DNA from: an uncultured Chitinophagales bacterium
GTDB lineage: Bacteria > Bacteroidota > Bacteroidia > Chitinophagales > JADIYW01
Assembly (NCBI GenBank): GCA_964490845.1
Contig: CAZBED010000001.1
Span: forward strand, 486,650-550,649
Reading direction: 5' to 3'
Length of the DNA: 64,000 nt
In this document: positions 26,141 to 37,497 of the stretch, piece by piece
Layout of the letters: each line of letters starts with the position of its first letter
Numbering within the stretch: the stretch's first letter is position 1
The notes under the pieces: generated by a model
What the model was told of the DNA's origin: nothing
Seen by the model: the letters and a program-made list of their open reading frames with translations, nothing else
Databases searched by the model: none
Translations under genes and position numbers: made by a program

Positions 26141-26677
26141 ATGAAAAAAGCAGCATTATCCTTATTATTGGTTACAACACTGTTAACAAATAACAGTTAT
26201 GCCACAGGAGGGTTCTGTTCTATTCTGGAAAAAATCTGTGATCAGAAAAATATAGATTTAGATGCTTTCTCTTACTTTTTCCAGAAAGTAGGCGTCAATA
26301 TTAACAAAGCCACAGACTTAGGAATGTATGCAAACATTTTCAAATGGTTGTACACCCCATATCGATATGGCGGCAAAGGAGACAAAGGGATTGATTGCTC
26401 GAACTATGTGTACAAATTAATGAATGAAGCAACCTGCGCCGACTCATATGCCACATCCCGGCAATTAGCCGATCTGACTGAGTATGTAGACAGGGAAGAA
26501 TTGAGAGAAGGTGATTTAGTGTTCTTCAATGTTCAGGGTGGCGGCATTTCACATGTCGGCATTTACCTGCAAAACGGAAAGTTTACTCACTCTTCCTCTT
26601 CTCAGGGTGTTACCATCAGTGATTTAAGCGACCCTTATTGGGAAAAACGCTATTGCAGAGCAGGAAGAATCAAATAA
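26141..26677 (+). CDS. NlpC/P60 (C40) family peptidoglycan peptidase
   Basis: YRYGGKGDKGIDCSNYV (catalytic Cys), GDLVFF and ISHVGIY (His). Confidence 0.9.
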   Translation: MKKAALSLLLVTTLLTNNSYATGGFCSILEKICDQKNIDLDAFSYFFQKVGVNINKATDLGMYANIFKWLYTPYRYGGKGDKGIDCSNYVYKLMNEATCADSYATSRQLADLTEYVDREELREGDLVFFNVQGGGISHVGIYLQNGKFTHSSSSQGVTISDLSDPYWEKRYCRAGRIK

Positions 26678-26690
26678 ACAACAACATAGT

Positions 26691-26714
26691 AAACGCCCAC
26701 AGGGCGTTTTTTTA
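26691..26714. terminator. Rho-independent terminator between convergent genes
   Basis: AAACGCCC-ACA-GGGCGTTT followed by T7 on the plus strand. It abuts the yjbQ stop. Confidence 0.7.
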
Positions 26715-27125
26715 TTCTCCGTAAATTGTCACAATCAAATTCCTTCTGCCTCCATTATTTCTGAATTCACACAGATAAATTCCCTGCCAGGTACCTAAAT
26801 TCAAACGATGATTTGTAATAGGAATGGAAACGGAACTTCCCATAAGCGATGATTTTATGTGAGCCGGCATATCATCAGCTCCTTCTGACGTATGTAAATA
26901 ATAGGGCTCGTTTTCTTTCACCGTCCGGTTCATCCATCTGTCTAAATCTTTTCTGACATCGATGTCCGCGTTTTCATTTATCGTCAGGGCAGCGGAAGTA
27001 TGCTGTATAAAAACATGCAACACTCCGGTTTGCGGCAATACAGAAATTGCCTGCAATACCTCCTTTGTAATGATGTGATATCCTCTCTGATAAGCAGGTA
27101 ACAAAACGGAAAACTGAGCAATCAT
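26712..27125 (-). CDS. yjbQ: YjbQ/UPF0047 family protein (secondary thiamine-phosphate synthase)
   Basis: HTSAALTINENADIDVRKDL and HIKSSLMGSSVSIPI...LGTWQGIYLCEFR. Confidence 0.9.
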   Translation of the reverse strand: MIAQFSVLLPAYQRGYHIITKEVLQAISVLPQTGVLHVFIQHTSAALTINENADIDVRKDLDRWMNRTVKENEPYYLHTSEGADDMPAHIKSSLMGSSVSIPITNHRLNLGTWQGIYLCEFRNNGGRRNLIVTIYGE

Positions 27126-27223
27126 ATATCGAATTTAAATCAACTCTTTATTTAAACATAACATATTGCACATTAATTTCTGACTGTCATTTGGCTATTT
27201 TTGTTTTCTAGAAATCTGACAAT

Positions 27224-28420
27224 ATGTTACCAACTTCCGACACACTCAACAGAGTATCTGAATCAGCGACCATCAAAATGGCGCAACTCAGCAGGGAATT
27301 ATCCGCAAAAGGCGTAAATGTGATCAGCCTGTCGCTGGGCGAGCCTGATTTTAACACTCCGCAGCACATCAAAGAAGCCGCCAAGAAGGCTATTGACAGC
27401 GGCAAGTATGACTCCTATTCACCTATATCCGGTTACCTTGACCTAAGGCAGGCTATATGTGAAAAACTGAAACGCGATAACAATCTGGAATATAAACCCG
27501 AAAATATTGTCGTATCAACGGGTGCCAAACAATCGCTGGCGAATATTTTCATCTCTTTTCTGAATGAAGGCGATGAAGTGATTATTCCCGCTCCATTTTG
27601 GGTATCGTACCCGGAGCAGGTGAAATTGTGCAATGCAGTTCCTGTTTACGTTCCGACAACGGTAGATGCGGATTTCAAAATGACGGCAGCACAACTGGAA
27701 GCAGCGATTACCCCTAAAACAAAATTTCTGGTATACTCTTCACCGAGCAATCCAACCGGTTCTGTTTACACGAAAGAAGAACTCGAAAGTTTTGTAGAAG
27801 TGCTGGTAAAACATCCGCATGTATATGTCATTTCCGACGAAATTTACGAACATATCAATTATACCGGCAAACATGTTTCCATTGCAGAGTTCCCGGACAT
27901 GAAAGACCGTACAATCGTGGTGAACGGCCAGGCGAAAGGTTATGCGATGACAGGTTGGAGAATTGGCTATCTGGCAGCACCGGCTTATATTGCCAAAGCT
28001 TGTGATAAACTACAAGGTCAGATTACCTCCGGCACGAATTCAGTAGCTCAGCATGCAACAATTACCGCATTACTGGGCGACCAGCAGCCGACTTACGATA
28101 TGCGTGAAGCATTCAGAAAAAGAAGAGACCTGGTACTGGATATGCTAAAAGATATTCCTAATGTGAAATGCAATGTGCCTACCGGTGCATTTTATGTGTT
28201 CCCGGATTTGAGCGCTTATTTCGGTAAAGATTTTAATGGCGAAGCTATTAAAGACGCAGATGATCTGGCATTATACCTATTGCACGAGGGACATGTGGCG
28301 GCTGTGAGTGGCAGCGGATTTGGTGCACCGGAATGTATACGTTTTTCGTATGCTGCTTCAGAGGAAAATCTGAAAGAGGCCTTTATTCGTGTAAAGAATG
28401 CATTAGCAAAATTGGCGTGA
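27224..28420 (+). CDS. class I PLP-dependent aminotransferase (aspartate aminotransferase-like)
   Basis: SSPSNPTGSVY and the Lys motif NGQAKGYAMTGWRIGY; 398 aa. Confidence 0.95.
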   Translation: MLPTSDTLNRVSESATIKMAQLSRELSAKGVNVISLSLGEPDFNTPQHIKEAAKKAIDSGKYDSYSPISGYLDLRQAICEKLKRDNNLEYKPENIVVSTGAKQSLANIFISFLNEGDEVIIPAPFWVSYPEQVKLCNAVPVYVPTTVDADFKMTAAQLEAAITPKTKFLVYSSPSNPTGSVYTKEELESFVEVLVKHPHVYVISDEIYEHINYTGKHVSIAEFPDMKDRTIVVNGQAKGYAMTGWRIGYLAAPAYIAKACDKLQGQITSGTNSVAQHATITALLGDQQPTYDMREAFRKRRDLVLDMLKDIPNVKCNVPTGAFYVFPDLSAYFGKDFNGEAIKDADDLALYLLHEGHVAAVSGSGFGAPECIRFSYAASEENLKEAFIRVKNALAKLA

Positions 28421-28463
28421 TTAAAGGGCTATCGTAAGTGGAAACAGATACTAAATGATATGT

Positions 28464-29063
28464 CTATTTATCATTTAGCGGATTCGAGATGGATTGAATA
28501 TATTTCATAATTCTCTGGTCATTATAAATCTTGAGAGGTTTATAAACCTTAAAAAAAACTTCGCCATTCCTTATTTTATCAAAGTATTGGTCTAAAAACA
28601 TCCCCAGGTCAGTTATATGTTGGTTCAACTGCTTTTCTTTCTCAATAAATTCAGATTTTAAATCCTTTTCATCGATTTTTTCAATCAATTGTTGAATAAA
28701 ATGCTGCTTGATGAAAAGAATAGCAAGTCTGTCAATTAACATTCCGGGGCTTTCTGAATAGAATCCGGAAATCGATTCTTGCTGGATATTACAAAGATGT
28801 TTATCTAGAAATGAATCGAGTGAATTTATTATCTCATTTCTTTTTTGATTGACAATATCAATCTCCATTTTTGTTTTGGCAACAAATTCTAAACCTAAAT
28901 GATGCATCCGAACTTTATCTTCCAATTCCCAAAGATTTTTATTCGTTCGAATGCAAACATTCAGTAACGAGTTCAATTCATTCTCTGAATTATTCAATTC
29001 AGATGAAGTATTATTCAAATAATGACTAAAGACAATTGAAACAGTATGATAAGTTATTTTCAT
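28464..29063 (-). CDS. hypothetical protein, possibly DUF4254 family
   Basis: 199 aa, helical. Motifs NLWELEDKVR and GMLIDRLAILFIK resemble my recollection of DUF4254. Not verified. Confidence 0.65.
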   Translation of the reverse strand: MKITYHTVSIVFSHYLNNTSSELNNSENELNSLLNVCIRTNKNLWELEDKVRMHHLGLEFVAKTKMEIDIVNQKRNEIINSLDSFLDKHLCNIQQESISGFYSESPGMLIDRLAILFIKQHFIQQLIEKIDEKDLKSEFIEKEKQLNQHITDLGMFLDQYFDKIRNGEVFFKVYKPLKIYNDQRIMKYIQSISNPLNDK

Positions 29064-29191
29064 TTATTAGATGGTTACTCAACTAAAAAAAATAATTTTA
29101 TTATTGAATGTAGAGTAGTAAAGATACAATTTACAGTTTCATATAGCTAACAATAATGATACTGCAACAAAGCCAGATGTATGGTCTAATG

Positions 29192-30454
29192 TTATTTACT
29201 CCGAATTGCCTCCACCGGATCCATGGTAGCAGCAAGATAAGCAGGAATGATACCGGATAAAATGCCCAGCAGAAATGATATTCCGAAGGCGACCGCAACA
29301 TTGACTACACTGAGCGAAAATTCCATACCCGATGCCTGTGTCAGAAAATGGCACATCACATATACCAGCAACAAACCAACGATAGCACCCATCATACATA
29401 GAAAGATGGCTTCCAGTAAAAATTCGAGAAGAATTTCACTGCGGGTGGCACCCAGTGCCTTCTTTATACCAATGATGGCTTTGCGTTCCGATACGCTGAC
29501 AAACATGATATTGGCAATCCCAAATCCGCCGACAATGAGCGAGAATGCGCCTATCACCCATTTCACCAACCCCAACGAATCAAAAAGGCTGTCAAAACCT
29601 TTGGCAATTACACTCAACTGGTTCACTGAGAAATTATCTTCCTGTGCCGGCCTTAGTTTTCTGGAAGCCCGCATAATACCAATCAATTCCTGTTTCAGCT
29701 CCTCCAGCTGAACACCCGGCCTGGTACGAATTTCAATAGTTTTGTCAATCTGATTGACATCGTATGAAAAATTGCGCTCATAAAAATCCAGCGGTACAAT
29801 CACTGCTTTGTCATAATTAAACCCCAGCAAATCCTGTCCTTTCCGGGCAATTACACCAATCACCGTTAATCGCCTGCCATCCATCTTCAGCTCCATACCA
29901 ACAGGGTTGCTGATATCTTTAAACAACTTATCGGCAATATCTCCGCCTATTACACAAACATTAATACCGTTACTGATTTCCATATTGGATAAAAACCTTC
30001 CCTGTGCAATGTCCAGTTGAAATACTCTTCCGTAATTATCTGTTACCGCTGAGACCTGCGCTTTGTGCGTTTTCTTGTCCTTATAAGCCACTTCCGGAGG
30101 CTGCCTTGGATTAATTTCAAAGGTTACATATTCCGCCAGTTTGGATTTTGCCTGTACATACTTATAATTTTCGTATTTAATATTGGGGCGCTGAAAATAT
30201 TTCCACCACGGATAATCACTCGGCCCATCAAAAGTCCATGCCCATTTATTGACAAATAAAATATTATCTCCGAGACTGTTGATGGATTGATTGATATTGT
30301 TTTTCAGCGCATCCACCGCCGTAAGAATGGCAATAATGCTGAAAATACCCACTGTAATTCCGAACAAAGAAAGAAAAGTGCGCAGTTTATTCAGCCATAG
30401 TTGTTGTATGGTTAATTTAAACGTTTCACTCAATACCCTGAAAAACTGCAGCAT
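29192..30454 (-). CDS. ABC transporter permease, MacB/FtsX type
   Basis: N-terminal TM, a large periplasmic domain, then a C-terminal FtsX four-helix region (IGIKKALGATRSEIL...). No adjacent ATPase gene. Confidence 0.9.
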   Translation of the reverse strand: MLQFFRVLSETFKLTIQQLWLNKLRTFLSLFGITVGIFSIIAILTAVDALKNNINQSINSLGDNILFVNKWAWTFDGPSDYPWWKYFQRPNIKYENYKYVQAKSKLAEYVTFEINPRQPPEVAYKDKKTHKAQVSAVTDNYGRVFQLDIAQGRFLSNMEISNGINVCVIGGDIADKLFKDISNPVGMELKMDGRRLTVIGVIARKGQDLLGFNYDKAVIVPLDFYERNFSYDVNQIDKTIEIRTRPGVQLEELKQELIGIMRASRKLRPAQEDNFSVNQLSVIAKGFDSLFDSLGLVKWVIGAFSLIVGGFGIANIMFVSVSERKAIIGIKKALGATRSEILLEFLLEAIFLCMMGAIVGLLLVYVMCHFLTQASGMEFSLSVVNVAVAFGISFLLGILSGIIPAYLAATMDPVEAIRSK

Positions 30455-30487
30455 GAAGCAAATTTAATCAAATAAAAACATCTGTCG

Positions 30488-30519
30488 TTTGTAAAATGCG
30501 TTTCTTACAGTTACCTTTG
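30488..30519 (+). promoter_or_regulatory. Bacteroidetes-type promoter for queA
   Basis: TTTG (30488-30491), a 20-bp spacer, then TACCTTTG (30512-30519), which matches TAnnTTTG. The ATG is at 30555. Confidence 0.45.
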
Positions 30520-30554
30520 CATCACTTTTTATTATTCCGTAAAATAATAACTTC

Positions 30555-31604
30555 ATGAAACTTTCACAATTCGACTTCGAACTTCCCAAAGAAAAAATAG
30601 CGCTTTATCCTTCCAAGCAGCGGGATGAGTGTAAACTAATGGTGGTACACCGCAAAACCGGCAAGATAGAACACAAGACATTTAAGAATGTGCTTGATTA
30701 TTTTGACGACGGTGACGTTATGGTTATCAACAACACCAAAGTTTTTCCTGCCCGTATGTACGGTACCAAAGAAAAAACCGGTGCAAAGATCGAAGTGTTT
30801 TTACTGAGAGAACTCAATCACGATTTGCGCTTATGGGATGTGTTGGTCGACCCGGCACGTAAAATCAGAGTGGGCAATAAACTCTATTTCGGTGATGATG
30901 ATTTAGTGGCGGAAGTAGTAGACAACACTACTTCCAGAGGCAGAACCATTCGTTTCCTGTTTGATGGCAGTGAAGCCGAATTCAGAGCGGTGTTGGATAA
31001 ACTGGGCAACACCCCACTTCCGAAATACATCAAAAGAGAACCGGAAGAAATAGACAAAGAACGCTACCAGACCGTTTTTGCCAGCAATGAAGGCGCCGTA
31101 GCCGCACCAACTGCAGGATTGCATTTCAGCAAAGAGCTGATGAAGCGTCTGGAAATAAAAGGAATGGATTTCGCGGAACTGACATTACACATCGGCCTCG
31201 GCACGTTCCGTTCCATCGATGTGGAAGATTTATCCAAACATAAAATGGATGCGGAGTATTTCAAAATTGATGAAAAATGCACAAAAATAGTGAACCGTGC
31301 CATACAAAGGGGAAAAAATGTGTGCGCTGTCGGCACCACCGCCATGCGCTCTATTGAAACGGCTGTTTCTGCTGAGAAATTGCTGAAACCTATGGAAGGA
31401 TGGACGAATCTGTTTATCCACCCGCCGTATGATTTCTCTATCGCCAACAGTATGATTACGAATTTCCATGTTCCTAAATCCAGCCTGATCATCATGGTGG
31501 CTGCATTTGCCGGCTATGACCTGACGATGGAAGCCTATCAGGTTGCCATGCAGAAGAAATACAATTTCTTCTCCTATGGGGATGCTATGCTGATTATTGA
31601 TTAA
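30555..31604 (+). CDS. queA: S-adenosylmethionine:tRNA ribosyltransferase-isomerase
   Basis: [20 protein letters not shown]..., AAPTAGLHF and [10 protein letters not shown]. Confidence 0.95.
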   Translation: MKLSQFDFELPKEKIALYPSKQRDECKLMVVHRKTGKIEHKTFKNVLDYFDDGDVMVINNTKVFPARMYGTKEKTGAKIEVFLLRELNHDLRLWDVLVDPARKIRVGNKLYFGDDDLVAEVVDNTTSRGRTIRFLFDGSEAEFRAVLDKLGNTPLPKYIKREPEEIDKERYQTVFASNEGAVAAPTAGLHFSKELMKRLEIKGMDFAELTLHIGLGTFRSIDVEDLSKHKMDAEYFKIDEKCTKIVNRAIQRGKNVCAVGTTAMRSIETAVSAEKLLKPMEGWTNLFIHPPYDFSIANSMITNFHVPKSSLIIMVAAFAGYDLTMEAYQVAMQKKYNFFSYGDAMLIID

Positions 31605-31624
31605 GAGCATAATTAATATACTTT

Positions 31625-31657
31625 AAAAAAAACCTCAGCATGCTGAGGTTTTTTTTA
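31625..31657 (+). terminator. strong Rho-independent terminator after queA
   Basis: An A-run, AACCTCAG-CATG-CTGAGGTT, then T8. Confidence 0.8.
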
Positions 31658-31693
31658 TTATTTTCCAATTAATTTACCGTTCAGTTTCGGGAT

Positions 31694-32611
31694 ATGAAAA
31701 TCAAAAAATTTAATTGCATACAATGCGGAGCACCAAAAATTAATCCGTATAAGTCGCCATATATTGTTTGTGACTTTTGCGGGTCATTAACGGATATTGA
31801 TTATGAACTCGGACTGGATGCCTGGAATAAAAATCCCAAACGAACCAATACCTATTCCACTGAAAAAATAAAATACGAATCCCGTTTGGCTGAATTACTT
31901 GGAAAGGGTGATAAGGAAAGCTATCAAGCCGTTCAGTATGAATATTGGGACATGTATTATAAGATATATCCTGAGTACCTTCCGCCAAGCATTCATACTG
32001 ATTATACATACAAGCTATATCTATCAATTTGTGCCAAATCTTCAACAGAATATGCATTTGATAAAGACTGGTCTAAAAAAGCGGGAGAACAGTCATTATT
32101 GCAGCAAAGCATAACCTATTCAACTGAAAACGGTAAAACATATGCCGACAGTGAGCCATTTTTTAAATTATCGGACTTCTTTTTGAACTACTGCAAAGAA
32201 TCCATGATAGACTTTTATGCCAATCCTGATTATGCCATTATGCAGGACGTATTGCCACAGGAAGTACATTTAAAATTAAAAATGTCCTTGTTTGTGCAGG
32301 CATGGATTCCATATTTAAGAGTAAATGATGCAGAAAAATTGCTGCAGATGGCAGCATTTACGCATGAATACATCGATGCCATAACGATAACTGGAAATGA
32401 ACAAATCTGTCAGTTTTGTCAAAATAATATTTTCATACCGGATGGTGCTTATAAGACACTCTGTGAACATTGTTTAAAAATAAATGTAGTACGAACCATT
32501 TTTCACTGCTTATCTTGCGGCGCGGAAAATACTGTTCCGGAAAACCCCGCCAAACCGGTTAATTGTATCCACTGTGGTACAGAAAACAGATTAATAATAG
32601 GCTGGATTTAA
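31694..32611 (+). CDS. hypothetical protein with three CxxC...CxxC zinc-ribbon motifs
   Basis: CIQCG..VCDFCG at the N-terminus. CQFCQ..LCEHC and CLSCG..CIHCG at the C-terminus. About 200 aa of helical region with no recognisable family lies between them. Confidence 0.75.
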   Translation: MKIKKFNCIQCGAPKINPYKSPYIVCDFCGSLTDIDYELGLDAWNKNPKRTNTYSTEKIKYESRLAELLGKGDKESYQAVQYEYWDMYYKIYPEYLPPSIHTDYTYKLYLSICAKSSTEYAFDKDWSKKAGEQSLLQQSITYSTENGKTYADSEPFFKLSDFFLNYCKESMIDFYANPDYAIMQDVLPQEVHLKLKMSLFVQAWIPYLRVNDAEKLLQMAAFTHEYIDAITITGNEQICQFCQNNIFIPDGAYKTLCEHCLKINVVRTIFHCLSCGAENTVPENPAKPVNCIHCGTENRLIIGWI

Positions 32612-32650
32612 GTATACTCCCATCATTATTTACCTTTAAATGAGAAAGAA

Positions 32651-33925
32651 TTATAAATCAAACCCGATATCTCTCCGATAGTATTTCCCATCAAACTGTA
32701 TCTTCTCCGCATTTTTACTGGAAATCTTCAGTGCCTCTCTCCAGTCGGGGTGCAGCGAACTGACGGCCAGCACACGCCCTCCGTTGGTTACGATGTTACC
32801 ATTAGCATCCGACTTTGTACCACAATGGAAAACATACGAATCACGTACCTCACTTATGCCACTAATAATTTTTCCCTTCTCAAAATCCTGAGGATAGCCT
32901 CCACTCGCCAGTATGATGGTAACCGCCGCCCTGTTGTCAATAACAATATCCACTTCTGATAAACGGCCTTCCGACAACGACTGAAATACGTTAATAATAT
33001 CATTTTTCCATCGCGGGAACACCGCTTCCGTTTCCGGGTCACCCATACGGCAATTGTATTCTACCACTTTTATCCCGCCGGATTTCAGCACCATCAGTCC
33101 CACATACACAAAACCGTGGTAAATGATGCCATCCTGTTGCAACCCCGCAATGGTCGGTTGGATAATCGTGCCCTCGACCGTTCGCATCATGGCTGCAGTA
33201 ACGAACGGGGGCGGCGAAACCGCCCCCATACCTCCTGTATTCAATCCGGTATCCCCTTCGCCTATACGTTTGTAATCTTTTGCCGTTGGTAAAATTTTGT
33301 ATGATTTGCCGTCTGTCAGTACGAAAACAGAATACTCGATGCCATCCATAAATTCTTCAATGACCACCCTAGAACCGGCATCGCCGAATTTGCCGGCCAA
33401 CATTTCCAAAAACTCCGCTTTTGCCTCTTCCACACTCGCGCAAATCAGCACACCTTTACCGGCAGCCAGACCATCAGCTTTCAATACGACAGGAGTTGGT
33501 TGCTGTTCAATATACCGCAAACCATCTTCGATATTCGTCTGTGTAAATTCGCGGTAGGCTGCCGTTGGGATATGGTGGCGCATCATGAATGCTTTGGAAA
33601 AGGCCTTACTGCCTTCCAGCTGTGCACCGGTTTTAGAAGGTCCGATGACAGGTACAGACTTCAATGCTTCGTCATTCGCAAAAAAATCAAAAATCCCTTT
33701 CACCAAAGGCGCTTCCGGTCCAACAATGACCATACGAATATTCTGTTCCAGAACGAATGCACGAATGGCGTCAAAATCGGTGGCATCCATGGCAATGTTT
33801 GTACCCAGCTTTACTGTACCTGGGCTGCCCGGAGCAATAAACAACTGCGTGCACAAGCGGCTTTCGGCTATTTTCAGTGCAAATGCATGTTCACGGCCAC
33901 CGGAACCAAGTAATAAAATACGCAT
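32651..33925 (-). CDS. purD: phosphoribosylamine--glycine ligase
   Basis: MRILLLGSGGREHA...; ATP-grasp core; 424 aa. Confidence 0.95.
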   Translation of the reverse strand: MRILLLGSGGREHAFALKIAESRLCTQLFIAPGSPGTVKLGTNIAMDATDFDAIRAFVLEQNIRMVIVGPEAPLVKGIFDFFANDEALKSVPVIGPSKTGAQLEGSKAFSKAFMMRHHIPTAAYREFTQTNIEDGLRYIEQQPTPVVLKADGLAAGKGVLICASVEEAKAEFLEMLAGKFGDAGSRVVIEEFMDGIEYSVFVLTDGKSYKILPTAKDYKRIGEGDTGLNTGGMGAVSPPPFVTAAMMRTVEGTIIQPTIAGLQQDGIIYHGFVYVGLMVLKSGGIKVVEYNCRMGDPETEAVFPRWKNDIINVFQSLSEGRLSEVDIVIDNRAAVTIILASGGYPQDFEKGKIISGISEVRDSYVFHCGTKSDANGNIVTNGGRVLAVSSLHPDWREALKISSKNAEKIQFDGKYYRRDIGFDL

Positions 33926-34138
33926 GGGAAATTTTTGTGCAAAATAATCATTTTAATTCATTTCATTAAGCAACACCGCAGCTGATTTACTGAATCACCA
34001 TTTGTCTCTTTATTGCTGAAAGATATATTTTGATAATCGGATATATCAATATTTTTTGAGCCATTTTGTCTGCTGCGGAATTTTTGCACAATATTTGTTT
34101 ATTCACGTTTATTATCACTCCAAATGAGTGCAAAATGT

Positions 34139-34146
34139 TAACTTTG
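34139..34146 (+). promoter_or_regulatory. candidate -7 box for secA
   Basis: TAACTTTG matches TAnnTTTG, 24 nt upstream of the ATG at 34170. No well-spaced -33 TTTG. Confidence 0.3.
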
Positions 34147-34169
34147 CAACCTATTTATACGCTAATATC

Positions 34170-37100
34170 ATGTTAAATATCATCCAGAAAGGGTTATCCA
34201 AAATTTTCGGCAGTAAATCCAATCGTGACGTAAAGTCAGTCCTACCCATCATAGACGAAATCAATGAACACTTTTTGTCTTATCAAAACTTTACACATGA
34301 TGAACTGCGCCAAAAAACGCAGGATTTCAAATACAGAATCCAGCAATACCTTTCCGAAATAGACCAGCAGATTGACGAACTCTCCGAAAAAGCGGAAACT
34401 CAGGAACTGGAACTGGAAGAAAAAGAAGCCATTTTCGCTCAGGTCGATAAGCTTAAAAAAGACCGCGACGAAGCAATTGAAGAGATATTGAATGAAATAC
34501 TGCCGGAAGCCTTCGCGGTGGTGAAAGAAACGGCACGCCGCTTCTCCACCAACGAATTCATCCGAGTCAAAGCAACCCAGTTTGACCGAGACCTGGCTGT
34601 GAAAAATCCTTCCGTTAAAATCGAAGGTGACGAAGCCGTTTTCCCAAATAAATGGACTGCGGCGGGTGGCGAAATCGCCTGGAATATGGTACACTATGAT
34701 GTACAGCTCATCGGGGGTATCGTACTGCACCGCGGAAAAATAGCCGAAATGGCTACCGGGGAAGGTAAAACACTTGTATCGACCCTACCGGCTTATCTGA
34801 ATGCATTAGCGGGCTGCGGCGTACATATCGTTACCGTGAACGACTATCTGGCACGACGTGACTCAGAGTGGAACGGGATGTTATTTAATTTTCTGGGATT
34901 AACCGTCGATTGCATCGACAAACACGAACCGCATACAGATGCGCGCAAGAACGCCTATCTGGCAGATATCACCTATGGAACCAACAACGAATTTGGTTTT
35001 GACTACCTGCGCGACAATATGGGCCGCACTCCTGAAGAACAGGTACAACGCAAGTTGCACTTTGCCATGGTTGATGAGGTTGACTCCGTACTAATTGACG
35101 ATGCGAGAACTCCATTGATTATTTCAGGGCCGGTACCAAAAGGTGAAGAACAGATGTTTCAGGAACTAAAACCACGCATCGAACGCCTGGTGGCTACCCA
35201 GAAAAAAGCAGTCAGCCAGTTTTTACTGGATGCGAAGAAATTAATTTCCGAAGGTAAAACGGGACACAAAGAAGGCGAAGGTGGACTGGCGCTGTTGCGG
35301 GCCCACCGTGGGCTTCCGAAAAACTCGGCGCTCATCAAATACCTGAGTGAACCGGGTATCCGTCAGATACTGATGAAAACGGAAAACCACTACCTGCAGG
35401 ACCAGCAAAAAGAAATGCCTTTCTGCGACGCGGAATTATATTTCGTTATTGATGAAAAAAACAACCAGATCGATTTAACGGAAAAAGGCATTGACCTCAT
35501 CACTTCTTCCGGAGAAGAGAAAGATTTTTTTATTATGCCGGATGTCGGCGCCATGATTGCCGAAGTAGAACAGCAGGCGCTTTCCCATCAGGAAAAATTA
35601 ACCCGAAAAGATCAGGTGTTGCAGGATTTCAATATCAAATCCGAACGCCTGCATACGGTCAGCCAGTTATTGAAAGCATACTGCCTTTTTGATAAAGATA
35701 TCGAATACGTCATTATCGACGGCAAGATAAAGATTGTGGACGAGCAGACCGGTCGTATTATGGAAGGACGGCGTTATAGCGACGGCTTGCATCAGGCTAT
35801 TGAAGCTAAGGAAAACGTGAAAATCGAAGCGGCCACACAGACATTTGCCACCATCACCTTGCAGAACTTCTTCCGGATGTACCACAAACTTTGTGGTATG
35901 ACGGGGACGGCGGAAACGGAAGCGGCGGAATTTTGGGAAATCTATAAACTGGATACAGTCGTGGTGCCAACAAACAAACCTACCCAACGCGACGACCGGG
36001 AAGATTTAATTTTTAAAACAAAACGAGAGAAGTACAACGCTATCATCGATGAAATCCAGAAACTGAAAGAAGAAGGACGTCCGGTGCTGGTGGGTACTAC
36101 GAATGTTGAAGTATCGGAATTGCTGAGCCGTATGTTAAGCATGCGCAAGATTCCGCACAACGTACTGAACGCGAAACAGCATCAGCGTGAAGCGGAAATT
36201 GTGGCACAGGCGGGATTGCCTGGCCAAATTACTATTGCGACCAACATGGCAGGTCGTGGTACGGATATTAAACTGGGGCAAGGCGTGAAAGAGATAGGCG
36301 GATTGGCCATCATCGGTTCGGAGCGACACGACTCCCGTCGGGTAGACAGACAGCTGCGAGGCCGTGCCGGACGTCAGGGAGATACAGGCTCCTCTCAGTT
36401 CTATGCTTCATTAGAGGATGATTTGATGCGTTTATTCGGCTCTGAAAGAATTGCAGGACTGATGGATAAAATGGGCTATAAGGAAGGGGAAGTAATCCAG
36501 CATTCCATGGTCACCAAATCCATAGAGCGTGCTCAGAAGAAAGTAGAAGAAAACCATTTTGGCACCCGTAAACGTTTGCTGGAATACGATGATGTAATGA
36601 ATGCGCAGCGTGAAGTGATTTACAAACGCAGGCAGCATGCCCTGGTTGGTGAACGTATCACCTTCGACCTGATTAATATGTTTTATGAACTGAGCTTTGA
36701 AATCTGCAGCGACGCAAAAATCGCACAGGATATCGAAGCCTTTAAATTGGACTGCATCCGCTTCCTTTCTGTCGATACTACGATTACGGAAACAGACCTT
36801 AAGAACCAGAAAGTGGATGAGCTTGCAGACCGTCTGTACCACGAAGTGTACGAAAAATACGGACGCAAATCACAAGCCATTATGACGGAAGCATATCCTG
36901 TGGTGAAGAGTGTACATGAAGAGAAAGGCAACCAGTTTCAGAATATCGTCATTCCGTTTACAGACGGAAACAGAAACATCAATATCGTAGCGAATCTGGA
37001 GAAAGCATACAACAGCAAAGGCAAGGAACTGATAAAAGTATTTGAACAGAATATCATCCTGTCATTCATCGACCACCACTGGAAAGACCACTTGCGCCAG

Positions 37101-37487
37101 ATGGATGACCTGAAACATTCCGTACAGATGGCGGTACACGAGCAAAAAGACCCTTTACTCATCTTTAAGTTCGAAGCTTTTGAATTATTCAAGCAGATGC
37201 TGAGCGCTATCAACAAAGATGTGGCGACCTTCCTGTTAAAAGGCAGTTTACCGGTTCAGGATGCCAATCAGATTCAGCAGCACCGCCAAAAAAAGGTAGT
37301 GGAAAAAACGAAAGAATCCAGAGGTGACGAAGGCGGCAATATGGGTGAAGAATTCAGGGATGCAGATTCGGGCGATACCCGTGAGAAGCAACAGCCCGTG
37401 CGAGCGGAAGTAAAGATAGGCAGGAATGACCCATGTCCTTGCGGAAGCGGAAAAAAATTCAAACATTGTCACGGAGCGGAGGGTTAA
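34170..37487 (+). CDS. secA: preprotein translocase ATPase SecA
   Basis: [10 protein letters not shown] Walker [20 protein letters not shown], and the C-terminal zinc motif [15 protein letters not shown] prefer the start [22 protein letters not shown] at 34170. Confidence 0.97.
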   Translation: MLNIIQKGLSKIFGSKSNRDVKSVLPIIDEINEHFLSYQNFTHDELRQKTQDFKYRIQQYLSEIDQQIDELSEKAETQELELEEKEAIFAQVDKLKKDRDEAIEEILNEILPEAFAVVKETARRFSTNEFIRVKATQFDRDLAVKNPSVKIEGDEAVFPNKWTAAGGEIAWNMVHYDVQLIGGIVLHRGKIAEMATGEGKTLVSTLPAYLNALAGCGVHIVTVNDYLARRDSEWNGMLFNFLGLTVDCIDKHEPHTDARKNAYLADITYGTNNEFGFDYLRDNMGRTPEEQVQRKLHFAMVDEVDSVLIDDARTPLIISGPVPKGEEQMFQELKPRIERLVATQKKAVSQFLLDAKKLISEGKTGHKEGEGGLALLRAHRGLPKNSALIKYLSEPGIRQILMKTENHYLQDQQKEMPFCDAELYFVIDEKNNQIDLTEKGIDLITSSGEEKDFFIMPDVGAMIAEVEQQALSHQEKLTRKDQVLQDFNIKSERLHTVSQLLKAYCLFDKDIEYVIIDGKIKIVDEQTGRIMEGRRYSDGLHQAIEAKENVKIEAATQTFATITLQNFFRMYHKLCGMTGTAETEAAEFWEIYKLDTVVVPTNKPTQRDDREDLIFKTKREKYNAIIDEIQKLKEEGRPVLVGTTNVEVSELLSRMLSMRKIPHNVLNAKQHQREAEIVAQAGLPGQITIATNMAGRGTDIKLGQGVKEIGGLAIIGSERHDSRRVDRQLRGRAGRQGDTGSSQFYASLEDDLMRLFGSERIAGLMDKMGYKEGEVIQHSMVTKSIERAQKKVEENHFGTRKRLLEYDDVMNAQREVIYKRRQHALVGERITFDLINMFYELSFEICSDAKIAQDIEAFKLDCIRFLSVDTTITETDLKNQKVDELADRLYHEVYEKYGRKSQAIMTEAYPVVKSVHEEKGNQFQNIVIPFTDGNRNINIVANLEKAYNSKGKELIKVFEQNIILSFIDHHWKDHLRQMDDLKHSVQMAVHEQKDPLLIFKFEAFELFKQMLSAINKDVATFLLKGSLPVQDANQIQQHRQKKVVEKTKESRGDEGGNMGEEFRDADSGDTREKQQPVRAEVKIGRNDPCPCGSGKKFKHCHGAEG

Positions 37488-37497
37488 ACAATAGAAT

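Noticed and set aside
28451-28478. AT-rich hairpin CTAAATGAT-N10-ATCATTTAG between the aminotransferase gene and the convergent DUF4254-like gene
   Set aside because: The stem is weak with no T-tract, and it overlaps the 3' end of the minus-strand coding sequence. Too marginal to call a terminator.
33976-34078. Possible structured RNA in the purD/secA divergent spacer: 7-nt complementary CCGCAGC / GCTGCGG about 90 nt apart, with an inner TTGATA..TATCAA hairpin
   Set aside because: The arms are short and AT-rich. I could recognise no riboswitch core motif (purine, SAM, TPP, cobalamin, preQ1). This is most likely chance within promoter DNA.
34242-34730. 162-aa minus-strand ORF, plus other antisense ORFs through 37502
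   Set aside because: They lie inside secA on the opposite strand, and secA is certain.
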